Made by a program: the position numbers and the translations under genes
The notes under the pieces: generated by a model
Database searches by the model: none
What the model was told of the DNA's origin: nothing
Seen by the model: only the letters and a program-made list of their open reading frames with translations
Shown here: in pieces, positions 26,269-39,300 of the stretch
Numbering within the stretch: position 1 is the first letter of the stretch
Layout of the letters: every line of letters starts with the position of its first letter
NCBI GenBank assembly: GCA_028534125.1
Contig: CM052832.1
Location: 9,550,001 to 9,614,000, forward strand
DNA: 64,000 nucleotides
Reading direction: 5' to 3'
Source of the DNA: Lama glama
Taxonomy: Eukaryota

Positions 26269-28376
26269 AAACCACACCTGAGTAGTGGATCCCACTATCC
26301 CATTTTACAGATGGAGAGAGTGAGTCTCAGGAAGACTCCATGGTCTCAAAGGAGGTTTGTGGCAGAAAGAGCACCAGACTCCACATCTCCAGGTTGGTCC
26401 CCACCCTCCACTGCGTTTTAAAAAAAGAAAATTGCATTCCATGCTAAATTATGTTCTTTGTTATTTGTAGAGTTTTAAGTTAAAACAAATAATCTACCAA
26501 CAGAGCACATTACTGAAGAGTAAGGAACTGCACAAGTAGTCCCAGCACCCCCCTGAACCATCTCCGCCGTCCTGTTCCCTGCTAACCCCTGGCTGTTCAC
26601 AAATACGCTTCATCTTCCTCTAGTCACAAACTATATGAAATTTTGTTTTTTGCCTTTGTACTTAACAATCTTCTTCTTCTTTTTTTTTAATACACACACG
26701 TGATTTCAGATTGTCAGATGTGTCTTACAATGGGATAGTTTTGCCTGGCCGTCAAGGTAAACTTGTAGACACCTGCCCTACTCGGTCTCCTGGGCACCGG
26801 TGGAATTTTCCGTCTTGAGGTTCTTTGTGGAATCAGTATGGCTCTCTTGTAGCCTCTCAGGGCTTCTGTTCCGTCTTTGCTGTTCTCTGTTTAGCATCTC
26901 CATGCCCACAGTCAGGGTAGGGAACAGGGGCGGGAGCACGCAGCTACTAAGTACCCGCATGAGTCAGACTCTCTGCCCGGTACCTTAACCCTCTATCTCG
27001 TCGCATCTCATCACAACCTGACATTAATAGCCCCTGTTTTACAGATGAACCAACTGAGGCTCAGAGAAGTGGAAACTCAGCCAAGGTCACACCCTTGCTA
27101 AACAGCAGAGTCGGAATTCAAACCTATTCCCCAGCAAGGATCTCTCCCACTCTGCCCACCAACAGAGCCCATGGTTACAAAGGGAAATGAGTCTCTCCCC
27201 AGCATCCCTGAACGTACCACTCCCCACCCTAGGCTGGACCCTGGATCCTAACACTCTCAGGTTCCAGGCAATGACTTTGAGGCCTATCTCAGGATGTAGG
27301 AGTCCAACCTAGCCAGACTTCCTTTTAGCCTGACTGCACCTCCTGGCACCTGCCCAGCCCAGGAAAGCCGAGAGTCGGGGCACTGAAGCCCATGCTCCCT
27401 GCAGAATGAAGGAAAGAGTTTTAGGAGCTGGCTTGGTAGAAGGGTCTCTGGCCTGGAACAAGAGGCTGGCCCAGGGGCCCTGCAGCCCAGTAGCATGTGG
27501 GAGTTGGTGTGGCAGGAGTTCTGACTTCTGTCCCGTCCCCACTGGAGCACTAGGTGCAGAGACCTAGGGTTGGGGGAGGTGACTCTCAGGGTCTCTCAGC
27601 CTGCCCTTGCCACACTCAGAGTGCACTCCCCCAGCCAGGAGTGTTTGGCTTTGTCGGAGGAAAGACCACAACTTTGCCAAAGGCCTGGCTGGGTCTCTGG
27701 GGAGAAGGCAACTGCCAGGCCCCAATCCCCCCCTTATTCCAGGATTGCCCAGTAAAGTCTTGGAAGTTACTAAGTAATTGTGGAGCTGAGGTTTAATTAC
27801 AGGATTGAGCCTTCGGCTGTTTCGAGGGGAGCCTGTGATTTGGCTGCTTCTTTTACTGGGGGAGCAGGTGCTGTTATTAGATGGAGTGGGGCTCAGCAAC
27901 AACAGTCTAGGGGCGCGGAGCTGGACAGTGAGGCAGGCCCCGAGCCTGCCCCAGGGAACCGCCAGACTCCCCACCGCACCGGCACTGGGATGGAACCTGG
28001 GTGAATGGGTGGCGCAGGAGCAGGGAGAGTCCTGACGTCCAGACTCTGCAGCCTCCAGACCTGGTGTTCATGGGCCACTCTGGTTCCCCCTTTCCCTCCA
28101 TCCTCAACCAAAATTAACCCAAAATGCAAGGGGACCAGAAGGGGGAGAAATGAACAAACCGTGATGGAGTGGCCCCTGTGCGGGCACTTCACACCCATTA
28201 TCTTATTTAATCTTCCTAACAACCCTCCCCACTGGTGCTGTTTTTATTCCTATGTTACAGATGAGGGAACCAGGCTCAGAGTTTTTTTGTTTGTTTGTTT
28301 TGTTTGTTTTTTGTAAACTTTCCTATATGCAAGCTGTTTGCCAAGCCCTTCCTTTCTTCCTAAGAAATATTCCACA

Positions 28377-28472
28377 GCAGGTGGGTATAGCTCAGTGGCA
28401 GAGCACATGCTTAGTATGAGCGAGGTCCCTGGTTCAATCCCCAGTACCCTTGTAAAAAAGAGAGAGAGAGAA
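28377..28472 (+). mobile_element. tRNA-derived SINE (camelid type)
   Basis: ggtatagctcagtggcagagc...ggttcaatccccagtacc with an A/GA tail. Near-TSD aagaaatattccaca / aagaaatgtcccaca. Confidence 0.85.
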
Positions 28473-31434
28473 AAGAAATGTCCCACAAACTAACAACTTT
28501 ATTCTTTTACTACCTGGAGCACACATGTCCCCATCTTCCTTGCCTGCTTGTATCCATTAACCAACGGATTAACCAGTTAACCAATCAATGAAGCAGCTGC
28601 CCGTAGCCCCTCAGCCTCCACGTTCTCCTTCCCCTAGCCCTTCATCCAGCTGTTAGATGATCCTTAAAATACAGCTGTTACCACCAGTCACCTTGCCTGC
28701 TCTGTCGCTAGTACCTGTTCCCCCTGGTAACCACTGATTCTAGGCCTGAGCTTCTCAAATCCTACCATGTTCCTGAATCACCCGGGGGTCTTATTACAAT
28801 GCAGATCCTCTCTGGGTACCAGTAATGCAACAGCTCACTGGCTCTTCTAATGGCCTTAAATTAACAGCCTGTTTTACAAATGAACAAACTGAGACCCAGA
28901 GACATTGCCCAACATCCCGGATGGAGCCAGAGAGCCTCTATTTCTAGGAAGATCCCAGGTGATGCAGACACTGCCGGTTTGTGGCAGACCATACTGCTAG
29001 ACTAAACTCTCCTGCCCAGTTATTTTTTCTTTAATTTTTAAACAGCAAATACATTTACCTGGTTGGAAAATTAGAAAGTGTGAAAAGGCAATTGGTGAAA
29101 ATTCCCCCTTCCATTCCTCTCCCCACGATTGCCAAGCTCCCCACACCTTCACCTCCAGTAACAACTTTGACTAGTTTCTTACCTGTTGTTCCAAAGTTTC
29201 TCTGTGCCAAAACAAGCAAATAAGATCATACTTATCCTGCCCCAAATGGTAGCATACACATGCACTGTTTTGTCAACAGTTTATCAGTTTATCTTGTAGA
29301 TAATTGGATACAGTTGGCTGACTCATTCATTTTTAGAGTTGCATTTTTATTCTATTGTGTGAATGTGCCATAATTTATTTTACCAGTCACCTTGGGCTGG
29401 ACAATCTGGGTTGTTTCCGATCTTACCAGATGACCTTTTTAAGCCCGTCCTACTCTGGCCAACCTTGCTGTGACCTCCCTCCCATCCTCCAATCCCCAGT
29501 TCCACCATCCCAAGTCTCTGCAGAGGTCTTCATTCCTCTGGCATGCCCTCCCCAGATCCTCCACCCCACCGATTGCTCCTCCTCTGAATTTCTGTCCCTT
29601 TGTTAGTCTCCTCCTCAGCAATTACCTCTCTTCTTGTGCTTTCCCCTGACTCCCCAAATAGATTAAAGCAACCTGAACTCAGGAACCAAGTCTTTGATTT
29701 CTCTGGATCCTTCCCAGCCGAGAGCTGGGCACAGAGCACTTCTCAAGAGTATTAGTTATTTGGTGGACGTTGTATATGAATGGAGCTGCTGGATGGTGGC
29801 TCTGCTGGGAACGGTTCAAGGTGTAACAGCCCAGGAGCTACCCAAGGTGGGAGGGACCTCAAGCCTCAGAGGTCTCCAAGAAAGAAGCCCCTATCTCATA
29901 CCTGAGTGTCTAGACCCCTGGGATGGGTTGTGATGATGTCCAGGGCATGCTGGGTCATCTGGGGTCCCCTGGTGCCCTTCCTATGGGGATGGTGGGAGGA
30001 GCCAGGATGTGGAGATGGGGGTGGGTGGAGGGATGGATGTTATGTGAGCCCTGGAATGGGCTCTTTCCCTTCTCTGTTAACATCTTTGTCATCCTCCTGG
30101 GAGCTGCCATACACAGGCCAACTCAAGTCTCAGTTCTTCCAAGAAGCCCTTTCTCCAGCCCATGCAGACATTCCCTCCTCCGAATTCCTGCTGTGTGTAT
30201 TAGTGACAGCAATCACTGTTCTGTACTTAGTCACAGTGGTCTGTCACCTTGAATTATGTAAACCTATCTCCCTGATGAGACCCTAAGATCCTCCATGGTA
30301 GAAATAAGAATTCTATAATTTTCTTCTATCCCCAGCTACCCCAAACCCTCAACACATCAGGCAACTGGGAGAGCTTCCACAAATACTCCTTGAATGAACA
30401 GGAATTGGTTCCTGGAGGACCATGGGAGCGGGTGGGGTAGGACACGGTGGACCACAGGCGTGTCATCAACCAAAAACATTTGGGGAGCACGAGTGTTTTT
30501 AAAGATACTCTGTCCCTCAATCCCTCCCCTCCTGGTGGAAAAACAATGACCTCACAGCCACAAGCCCTGAAGGCCTTTCTCATCCTGTCCCTTGACACTG
30601 GAGCAAGAAAAGGGGACTTTTTAAAACTGTCACTGTCATGAAAAACAAAAGCAGGGGACTGCACCAAACTACGAGATTAAAGAGCCATGAAAAGCAAATG
30701 CAATGTGTGAATCTTGATTAAATTGGATTGGGGAAAAAAAACTAAAATGATATTTTTGAGGATAACTGATAAATTTTTAATATGGAGTATATTTTAGATG
30801 TTTATAGTGCATTGATATTAAATTTCTTGAGTGTGCTGTTTTGTGGTATTTAGGAGAATGTCCCTATTCTAAGGCAATGATACTGAGGCAGTGGTGGGGG
30901 TGGGGAGATGTGCCATGATATCTACACCTTTCAACCGTCAGCAAAATGAAAACAAAAAGTGTGTGTGTGCGCGCATGCGTGCGTGCGTGTGAATACAGAT
31001 GGTCATTTTACTAGTCTTTCAAATTTTTCAAAATGAAAAGCTGAAGGGGAAGTGCCTGTGGTACAAAGAGTGGTGCCAATCTGAATATCTGGGACAGAGG
31101 AGGGAAAATGCAGTGGGAGGTTCTGATTGGGTGGCTCAGGGTAGACACTCCAACCACCTGTGACATGATCACCCCCCACCCAGCCTTCCATTCTTGCTGC
31201 CCAGTAAGCATCTAAATCTAACCCCATGGCCTGACTCCCCTCCACTCTGCACATCTTTCACACAATCTCCTTGGTCCACATCTGACGGGGCCTCGCCCAG
31301 TGGGCAGCCACCCCCGGCTTAGCTAGAACAGTACTTGAAGCAGCTTCAAGGTCCACAGCTCGTCTCCCTGGAGAGTGAACTAAACCCTCCATGGGCTCGA
31401 CCTACCTTGAGTTTTTAAAAACTATATTCACTTA

Positions 31435-32260
31435 GAGGATGTGCAGAAAAGGGAACCCTTGTACACTGTTGGTGGGAATGTAAATTGGTGCAGCCACTAT
31501 GGACAACAGTATGGAGGCTCCTCAAAAAACTAAAAATAGAACCACCACATGATCCAATGAATCCACTCCTAGGTATATATCCGAAGAAAATGAAAACACT
31601 AATTCAAAAAGAAACATGCACCCCAATGTTCATAGCAGCACTATTTACGATAGCCAAGATATGGAGGCAACCCCAAAAAAGAATGAAATTCAGCCTTTGC
31701 AGCAACATGGATGGACCTAGAGGGTATCATGCTTAGCGAAATAAGACAAAGACAAATACCGTATGTTATCACTTAAATGTGGACTCCAAAAAATGAATGA
31801 ATATAATAAAACAGAAACAGACTCACAAATGCATAGAACAAACTAGTGGCTACCAGGAAGAGGGAAGGGGGAGGGAGGGATAAAATGGGGGCAGGGGATT
31901 AAGAGGCACAAACTACTATGTATAAAATAAATAAGCTACAAGGATATATCGTAGAGCACAGGGAATATAGCCAATATTTTATAATAACTTTATTTTTCTT
32001 CCTTTTTTATTGATATATAGTTGGCTTACAATGTTGTGCTAATTTCTGGTGTGCAGCGTGGTGACTTAGTTATACATATATACAGATACATATTTTTCAT
32101 AGGCATTACAAGATACTGAGTATAGTTCCCTGTGCTATACAGTAGGACTTTGCTGTTAATTTTATAATAGCTTTAAATGGAATACAATCTATAAAAATAG
32201 TGAATCACTATGCTGCACACCTGAAACTAATATGTCGTAGATCAACTATATTTCAGTTTT
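31435..32260 (+). mobile_element. 5'-truncated L1 (ORF2 C-terminus plus 3'UTR) with a nested insertion
   Basis: ORF 31485-31736 ([33 protein letters not shown]...CTPMFIAALFTIAKIWRQP) is the L1 ORF2 C-terminus. Flanks share atattcactta. Confidence 0.92.
31993..32158 (-). mobile_element. Antisense L1 3' fragment nested in an L1
   Basis: T-rich tail then ttattgatatatagttggcttacaatgttgtg...ccctgtgctatacagtagg. 17-bp TSD attttataata(a/g)cttta at 31976-31992 and 32159-32175. Confidence 0.8.
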
Positions 32261-32499
32261 AAAATATTCACTTAACTCCACAAGAAAAAAAGAAAAAGAA
32301 AAAGAAGAATTTGATGTGGAAAAAAAAAGCCAAGATTCAGTCATCCAACCTTCTCTTTGGAGCTCTGTCAATGAGGGTATTTTCCACCCTAGTCGGGATA
32401 CTGGCTTACTGCTTTTCCTCGTTTACCTTTTTTTCGTATGGGCATTTCCTGACCCACTTTTTCGAGGGCCCCTAGAACCCTGCAGTGTGCGAGCTTTGG

Positions 32500-33350
32500 C
32501 CAGCCACTTCTCCAGTGCTGGGCGCCGGAGCCGTTTCCGAAGTTCCGGACTGACCAGGTCGCGCACCTCCTTAGAAGCAGGGAAGTCGCCCGCCTCCTCC
32601 CTTCCCCCGGGAAAAGAGGGATGGAGGAGGAGGCCCAGGAGGCGACCTGGGGGAGGGGGGTGGATCGTCTTCCCGGCTAGGCGTGGGCTGGGCGAGGTCC
32701 CCAGCCCACTGGGCCCCGCCAACAATGGCCAGTTGTGGAAGGAAGCTGCAGGAATGCGGCCGGGGGAGTCGGGCGACGGGGCGGCGGCGGCGGCGGCCGC
32801 GGGGCGGGGCCGGGTCGCAGCGGCAGCCTCTTACCTGCCCAGGTAGCTCGCATTTCCAGGCGAGCGGCGGCTCCCGCAGCACCTGTCGCCCAGTACGCGG
32901 GCGGGGAGGACGGCGCGGGGCATGGCCTGGTAGGCTCTCCCGGAGAGACAGTACGGAGTCCCGTCCCGGGCAGTGCAGGCGAGGGAAGGACGGTCCTCCC
33001 CGGCGCCCGCGTGGCCGGCGGCAGCATGAAAAAGAACCCGACGGTGCAGGGCACCTTCAGCAAACTCTTTGGCAAGAAGCACGCCAACCCGTCCGCCACC
33101 TCCCTCTACGCCGCCAATCCCCCCTGGATTTTCACCCAGGAGGCCCCGGAGGTGGGGACCCGGAACTTGGGTGAGTGCGCCCCGGAGCGGGAGGGCGCAG
33201 GGCCGCCGGTGGTACCCCCGTCCCCGGGCCGCCCGCCGCGCGGCCTCCCTCCCGGGGCTCCAGGCTTTCGGCGGCCGGGAGAGCGGGCGACGCGCCAGCG
33301 CGGGGAGGAGGGAACGCGTTGGAACCTGTGCGCTGGCCGGGCTGGAGCCT
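32500..33350 (+). promoter_or_regulatory. CpG island / promoter of C6orf132
   Basis: Visibly very high GC and CpG density with GC boxes (ggggcggggc), spanning exon 1. Confidence 0.85.
33026..33170 (+). CDS. C6orf132: C6orf132 ortholog, coding exon 1
   Basis: agcATG start. Translates MKKNPTVQGTFSKLFGKKHANPSATSLYAANPPWIFTQEAPEVGTRNL + 1 nt, then |gtgagt (145 nt, phase 1). Matches the recalled C6orf132 N-terminus. Confidence 0.93.
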
Positions 33351-35483
33351 CTGGCGAGGGAGGTGTCTCTGGGAAAGGGAAGGAGGGGACCCTCTCAACA
33401 GCGAGGTCAGAGATCTTTGTGGCTCCCGCATCTGACCCTAGTCCCTCTTCCAAGGTGTTTATCTGCCCTCCTCGGTGGAGGTTATGTTTGTGTTGTTCTC
33501 TCCAGAAAGGCTTCCCGGGGTTTGCGGTGCCCTCCCTCAGCCTTCCGTGGAATCAGAAGTGTTCCCTCGATCTCAGGGCTTGGGGGCGGTCTCTGCAACC
33601 CCCACTCTTTCTGCTTCCTCTGGCCCCCCCACCCCCAGTTCCCAGCCCTGGCCTCTCCCGGCCCAGGGTCACAGGCAGAGAGGGAGCTGCTATCTGGGTG
33701 CCCACACACTTGGCTCTACCCAGGAAAAATCCACAGGAGCCGCTGCTAACAGGATACCAGCCTGCGCCAGACACCAAGTCATTTACTGGGGTCACAAGCT
33801 CTTGCCAGGTCAGCTTGGGGCCTGGGTTGCCTATGAGCTCAGAGGGAGGAGCTCCAGACCCGACATGGGAGGTGAGGGAAGCCCCTCCTGCCAGCCGCCT
33901 GACCCCAGAGTCAGGGTCGTGTACCAGCAGGCATCTGAAAACACTGTGCCCGCCCAGCCTTTGGGCTCTGCCTGTGGGTCACCTTATCACTGTGGCTTTC
34001 TGCAGTTTGTCCCCTCTATAAACAGAGCGGGGGGTGGGGGGGGAACCAGCTGGGGCTGGGGACAGGAATTCACTTCTTGTGTATGATCTGAGTCTCTGGG
34101 CCCAAAGAGGGTCATCTATCACGAGTCAGGACACAAGGCACCCAGACAGGTGAGGGCAAACAAGACGTTGCCTCTCCCTTGCCTGAAGATCTCAGACCAG
34201 CCCTTGAGCAGAGCTGACCGTATGCTGTTTAGCCCTTTCTGAGCCTTTGCTATAAAAGAGTAAGCACATAAGGAACAGACAGATGACCTCTGATTGGAAC
34301 TTGCATGTGAGCTGAGAGGGAAGGGCATTCAGCATTTTCAGAGCAAACAGCAGGAGCAAAGGCTAGGAGGTCCAGGGTGCTTTGGAGGCAGGGTTTAGGG
34401 AAACTAACAGATACATGCATGTTGCCAAGTAGAACTCTCTGAGGCCTGATCTTCTTGCCTGGGTCCCAAACATTTATTGGTCTCTTCTTAGGTGCAAGTT
34501 ACCGTTCTAAAGTCCTTGTGTTGTTAACTTATTAAATTCCTCATCCAGCCTACAATGCAGGTGGCATTATTCCTGTTTGACAAATGAGGAGACTGAAGCA
34601 CAGGGAGGTTAAGTAACGTGCTCAAGATCACAGAGCTTTAAATGGGCAAGCCAGGATTTTCTTAAGTGTACAAGTCACTGAATTTTTTGTCGACCTACTG
34701 AGTTGTGCCACCATCACCACAGTTCAGTTTTAGAAATTTCCATTACCCCCAAATTTCCCTCATGAGGCAGAGAGGGCTCCAGAGACCACACTCTTAGCAG
34801 ACTTGCTGAGTTGACACTGTGCAAGGTAATTCAAGGCTGTATTTGACTGCAGGGCATCTGCCTGAGAGCATCTCCTCCCAGCCCCCTCCACTCCTACCCC
34901 AAGGGGAATGCCTTACACATTTCTCTACATTTCTGCCTTAGACACTTTTCTACATTTTTGCCAGCACTGAACAGGCTGCTGGTGGGGTTCAGTCCTTCCA
35001 GTGAGAGAATAGAGGCATGGTGCCCTGTCACCTCCAGCCAGCTGCCACCTTTACCAGCGAGGCTGGAGCCCAGGGAGGCAGCTCCTCCCTTTCCCCTGGG
35101 CAGGGCTGGGCCTCCAGCTGACTCAGCCTGGTTGTACCACGTGGAGGGGTGGGAAACAACGTGCATCCATAAGGATGACTCTCCAGTGTTTCCAGGATGT
35201 TCCCCAGGGTGCCAGTTGGTGTGGCAGGGGTCTTCCTGCTGAACAGGACGTGTGCTTGGAGTTGGCGATGGGAGGGACCAGTGTTGGGGATTCTGGGATG
35301 TGATGGAGATCCCAGACCTGTTTTGGAGTCCGCCTCTGTCAATTATATGGGGGCTAGCCACTATCTGGGCCCCAGTTGTTTCTTCTGTTAAGTGGGAATG
35401 GTGTCCAGACTGCTTACAGAATGACTGCTTGAGGTTTGTATATTGCAGTACTGTGAAGAGCATTAAAGAGAAAAGCACTAAAG

Positions 35484-35700
35484 CAAGGATTGGCAAGGCT
35501 CAAATCTGGCCCGTGGCCTGTTTTTGTAAATAAAGTTTTATTAGAACACAGCCAGCCACTCCCATCACTTGCAAATCATCTGTGTCTGCTTTCATGCTAC
35601 TAAGGGCAGAGTTGTGTGGCTCACAGCAGAGACAGTGTGGCTCACAAAGCCGAAAATATTCACTAGCTGGCCTTTTACAGAACAAATTTGTCAGCTCCTG
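35484..35700. mobile_element. MER58-like hAT-Charlie fossil
   Basis: caaatctggcccgtggcctgtttttgtaaataaagttttattagaacacagcc...aaaatattcactagctggccttttacagaac. Confidence 0.75.
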
Positions 35701-38700
35701 CATGATTTATTATCAGGTCATTGCCAACCTTGAGCACTTCCTGCCCACACCTGCTTCAGTTCCTCTTCCTAACATTGCTGTAGACCAGAGGAAGCCAGAG
35801 CCATGGAGAGGCTGTGATGAGGTCTCAAAGGGGTTGGGATTTGAGTTTCATGTTGTCCCTGAGTCTGTAACATTCTCTGAGATGCTGGAGAGCCTTTGGA
35901 GAACAGGCAGTGAGATGGAGGGAGGAAAAATCAGTGTGGGAGTTTGTAAGGAAATTAAGGAGTAAACGCCTACTCTGTGGCTGCAGCCGTGTAAAAATCT
36001 GTTTGCACAAGGGTAGGCTGGGTGCAGCAGGTAAAATGCAAACAGTCATGTGAAGGTGGTGACAGGTACATTTTTCCTTAAAGGATTTCCCTAACATTTA
36101 TCCGGTAACTATTAGAAGGGCTTTGCTTAATGGAATGCAATCCTAATGAAGCCTCCTGCCTCCCTCCAGCCCACCCAAGGGTCTTAAAAGGCCACACAAT
36201 TGTTCTTTAAATACATGAGAAAGCATAGGTGTGGATCTTTGCAAATCTCACGATAAGGGACTTGCAGGTGCTGGAGATGAGGCTACCAGTGGCTCTGGAC
36301 TCCTCCCTTGCCTCTTGAATTAGTTGAGCCACGCTTCATTATCTACAGCCACTTCCATCCCACTCTAACAATAGGATGCCCTGCTTGCTTGGGCACACAA
36401 AGTCAGAATCGCTGGCCTAGGACCCAGGTTCTGGATTTTTCACCAGTTCCTGGGTAATTCTTTTATACACGAAGATTTGAGAATCCTGGGCTTTCCTTCC
36501 CCAGACGGAGCTGGGCCACTCTCTTTCCCCTGAGGACTTCCTACAGTTCTATATAAATGTGTAGGGACTGTCCCAGCTCCTTATCAGGACAACCCCAATG
36601 CTCCCTAAGGTGGCTGCTGGCTCTGTTATCCCTGCTCCAGGGGTCCCCTGTCCTGTGTCTCAGGCCAGGCTAAGGGGTAGGAAGCCATGAGTCCCAGGGG
36701 CTGAGCATATGTTTCTGGCCAGGGGCAGGCTGGCTTCAGCCTCCTGAAAGCTGACCTGTGCGTGGCAGGGGCGTGAAGGAGACTTTTGTTTACTCCTGTC
36801 CCCTGGAGGTGTGCAGTGGTGTGCTGGCAGCTCGGTACCTACATACACACCCTCTCTGCCGCCCCATTGTATCAGCTCCTTTTGTTCCTGTAGTTCAACT
36901 TGGAAAGCCAGGCCCTCTCTTGACCACTGCAAACTGGCTACAGGGTGCCCTTTCCCTCCCAGCCAATAAGTTAATGACAACAACAATAATAATATCATCA
37001 TCATTGTTATCAGTTATTTGTTGAAATAGGCGCTTGCTAAAAACTACACATGTTTTCTCAGTTGAGGAAACACACTCAGAGGTGATAGGTTAAATGACTC
37101 AAAGGCCTTTCAGCTCAAGGCAGCTCAGATATTAAAGTGCATCGAGTCACCAGGACCTTGTTAAGATCTGGTCTGATGCGATACTTGGGACAAGTTCCTG
37201 TGTGGAGTCCAGCAGGTCTGCAGACCACACTTGGAGCAGCGCGTCCTAGCCTGGAAGCAGGGCCCCTTGGCTGTGCTCCTGCCCCTCCAGTGCCCACCCG
37301 CAAGGCTCCTCCTGCTCTGCTCCCCCCTCCCCAACTCTGTCGCTCCCAGCTCAGCCCAGCCTTCAGCGTCCCCTCTGCCCTTGGACAAAGGCCTCTCTCC
37401 CGTGCCCCCGGTCAGGCCTGCTGGGGCTTGCTGGGGCTTGCTGGGACAGATCGGCCTTTTCAGGTTCCTGTCATGTGACCTTGTTAATTAGCCAGAAAGG
37501 GGCCCATCAGCCTTTTGTGGGTTACATTCACATGGGGCCCCCCTGCTGCTTCCTTGAGAGGCTGAGGCTCCCCTAGTGGCCTAGAATTAGACCTAGGCCC
37601 TCAGAGGGCTAGAGGTGGGGGTCTATTTTTGGGCCCTGGGTTACTCCAGTCAAGGAAACCAAATCTCCCAGCTACAACCCTGCCCCTTTTAAGTACCTGG
37701 AATTCGATGAGACCTATGGCCAGTGCTCCTGGGGCCATGTGGGACTCTTGGCAATTTGGGGCCCCACACCATCACCCCAGCCCTCCTCTCACCTCTGCTA
37801 GCTTTGTCCCTCCCTTGAATTTGGGAGACTTCTCCATATTATCCCCATTTGACAGGTGGGGAAACCGAGCCTGAGAAAGTGCTTGGAGCCCTCAGATGTT
37901 ACATGGAGTGCTGGCAATGTGACCCCAGACCTGGTTCCTAGTGCATTTGCTTCCTCTAGGCTTCACCAAGTGTACAGTTTCACTCTGGAAAAAAAATGGG
38001 ACGGAGGGGAGAGATGCTGAGTCCTGCATTATTTCCCAGCTGTGCGGGCTGTGACTAGAGGGCATCAGAGTCTGGAGTCAGGCTGCCTGGGCTTGAATCC
38101 TGGCCCCTTTGACTCACCAGCTGTGGGACCATGGGCAGCGGACTTGACCTCTCTGTGCCTCAGTCTCCTCATCTGCCAAACGAGAATAACAGAGGTGCGT
38201 GAAGAGGGTAGGAAGAGCACTTAGGATAGGGCCCAGCTCGGAATACTGCGCCTCCCAGGGCAGACACTTACATTTTATCACTCATTTCCTCTCTAGTTGG
38301 AATTTGTCTAGGATTTGGGGAGTGAGCTAAGTGACTGCCCCAGACCTCAGCCTCCATGGAGACCTGTGGGCAGCTCTGGGGAAGGAGGGGCACTTTACAC
38401 ACTCTCAGCCCTGTCCTCTGTGAGGGCAAAAAATGCCGGAGACCTGAGGAGATGTTCCTCCTTTGGGGAAGGAGGACAAAGGAAGGGGTGGGAGTGAGGC
38501 AGCTGCTTGTGCCCAGCCCTCAGCTCCCCAAAAGCGGGCCAGTACCCACTCCACTTAACACACACACACACACAGTACACACCCCACCCCAGACCGAGAG
38601 AACCATGTCAGCCTGTTCGGGGAGGGGCAGTGAGCCACATGCCATGTGTAATGCACCCTATTATTTATGCCCAGAGTCCAACACTGCATGTAGAGGGCCC

Positions 38701-39092
38701 CGTTAGTGCCCTGGCACCACCGCTGCTCTGAGACCTTGGACCAGCCCCATGCATCCGGGCCTCAATCTCCCATCGGCAAAGAGGGCAGCCCCATGGGTCC
38801 AGACTCAGAATTCTCCCCGACAAGAGGAAAGGACCACCTGCCTCCTGGTGGCTCTCCCCCTTGGGTAGAGTTGTCCAGCCTCCTCTCTGTCACCCACTTC
38901 ACCTCCTTACTGTCCCTTCCTTCCTCAAGAGGCAGCTGGGCTCTCCTTTATCTTCTCAATTGTGGAGGGGGCTGCTTCCCAGGAAGGCCAAATTATGATG
39001 TTCACCCATAATTTATCATGGATACAACCTGATTCAAGCTCAGAGCCCAGGTCCTTGGTGGAGCAAGGTAGGGTGGGCATAGAGTATGCAAC

Positions 39093-39300
39093 GATGATGA
39101 TGATGGTGGTGACAGTGGTGATGGTGATGATGTGATGGTGGTGGTGGTAGTGGTGACAGTGGTGATGGTGGTGATGGTGGTGGTGGTGGTAGTGGTGATG
39201 ATTGTGGTGGTGATGGTGGTAGTGGTGACAGTGGTGGTGGTGACGGTGGTGGTGACGGTGACGGTGGTGGTAGTGGTGATGGTGATAGTGGTGATGATGA
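39093..39300. repeat. Degenerate (GTG/GAT)n trinucleotide tract
   Basis: About 200 bp of gtg/gat/gta triplets. Produces spurious poly-His, poly-Thr and poly-Val ORFs. Confidence 0.95.

Noticed and set aside
31485..31736. 83-aa ORF as a host gene
   Set aside because: It is a decayed L1 ORF2 C-terminal fragment.
32683..33174. Overlapping out-of-frame ORF from the ATG at 32725
   Set aside because: The ATG lies among promoter GC boxes, probably upstream of the TSS, and the product is low-complexity Arg/Gly-rich.
32735..34021. 428-aa ORF spanning C6orf132 exon 1
   Set aside because: Only 33026-33170 is recognisable coding sequence. The frame stays open through the GC-rich leader and intron past a strong GTGAGT donor, as expected in a CpG island.
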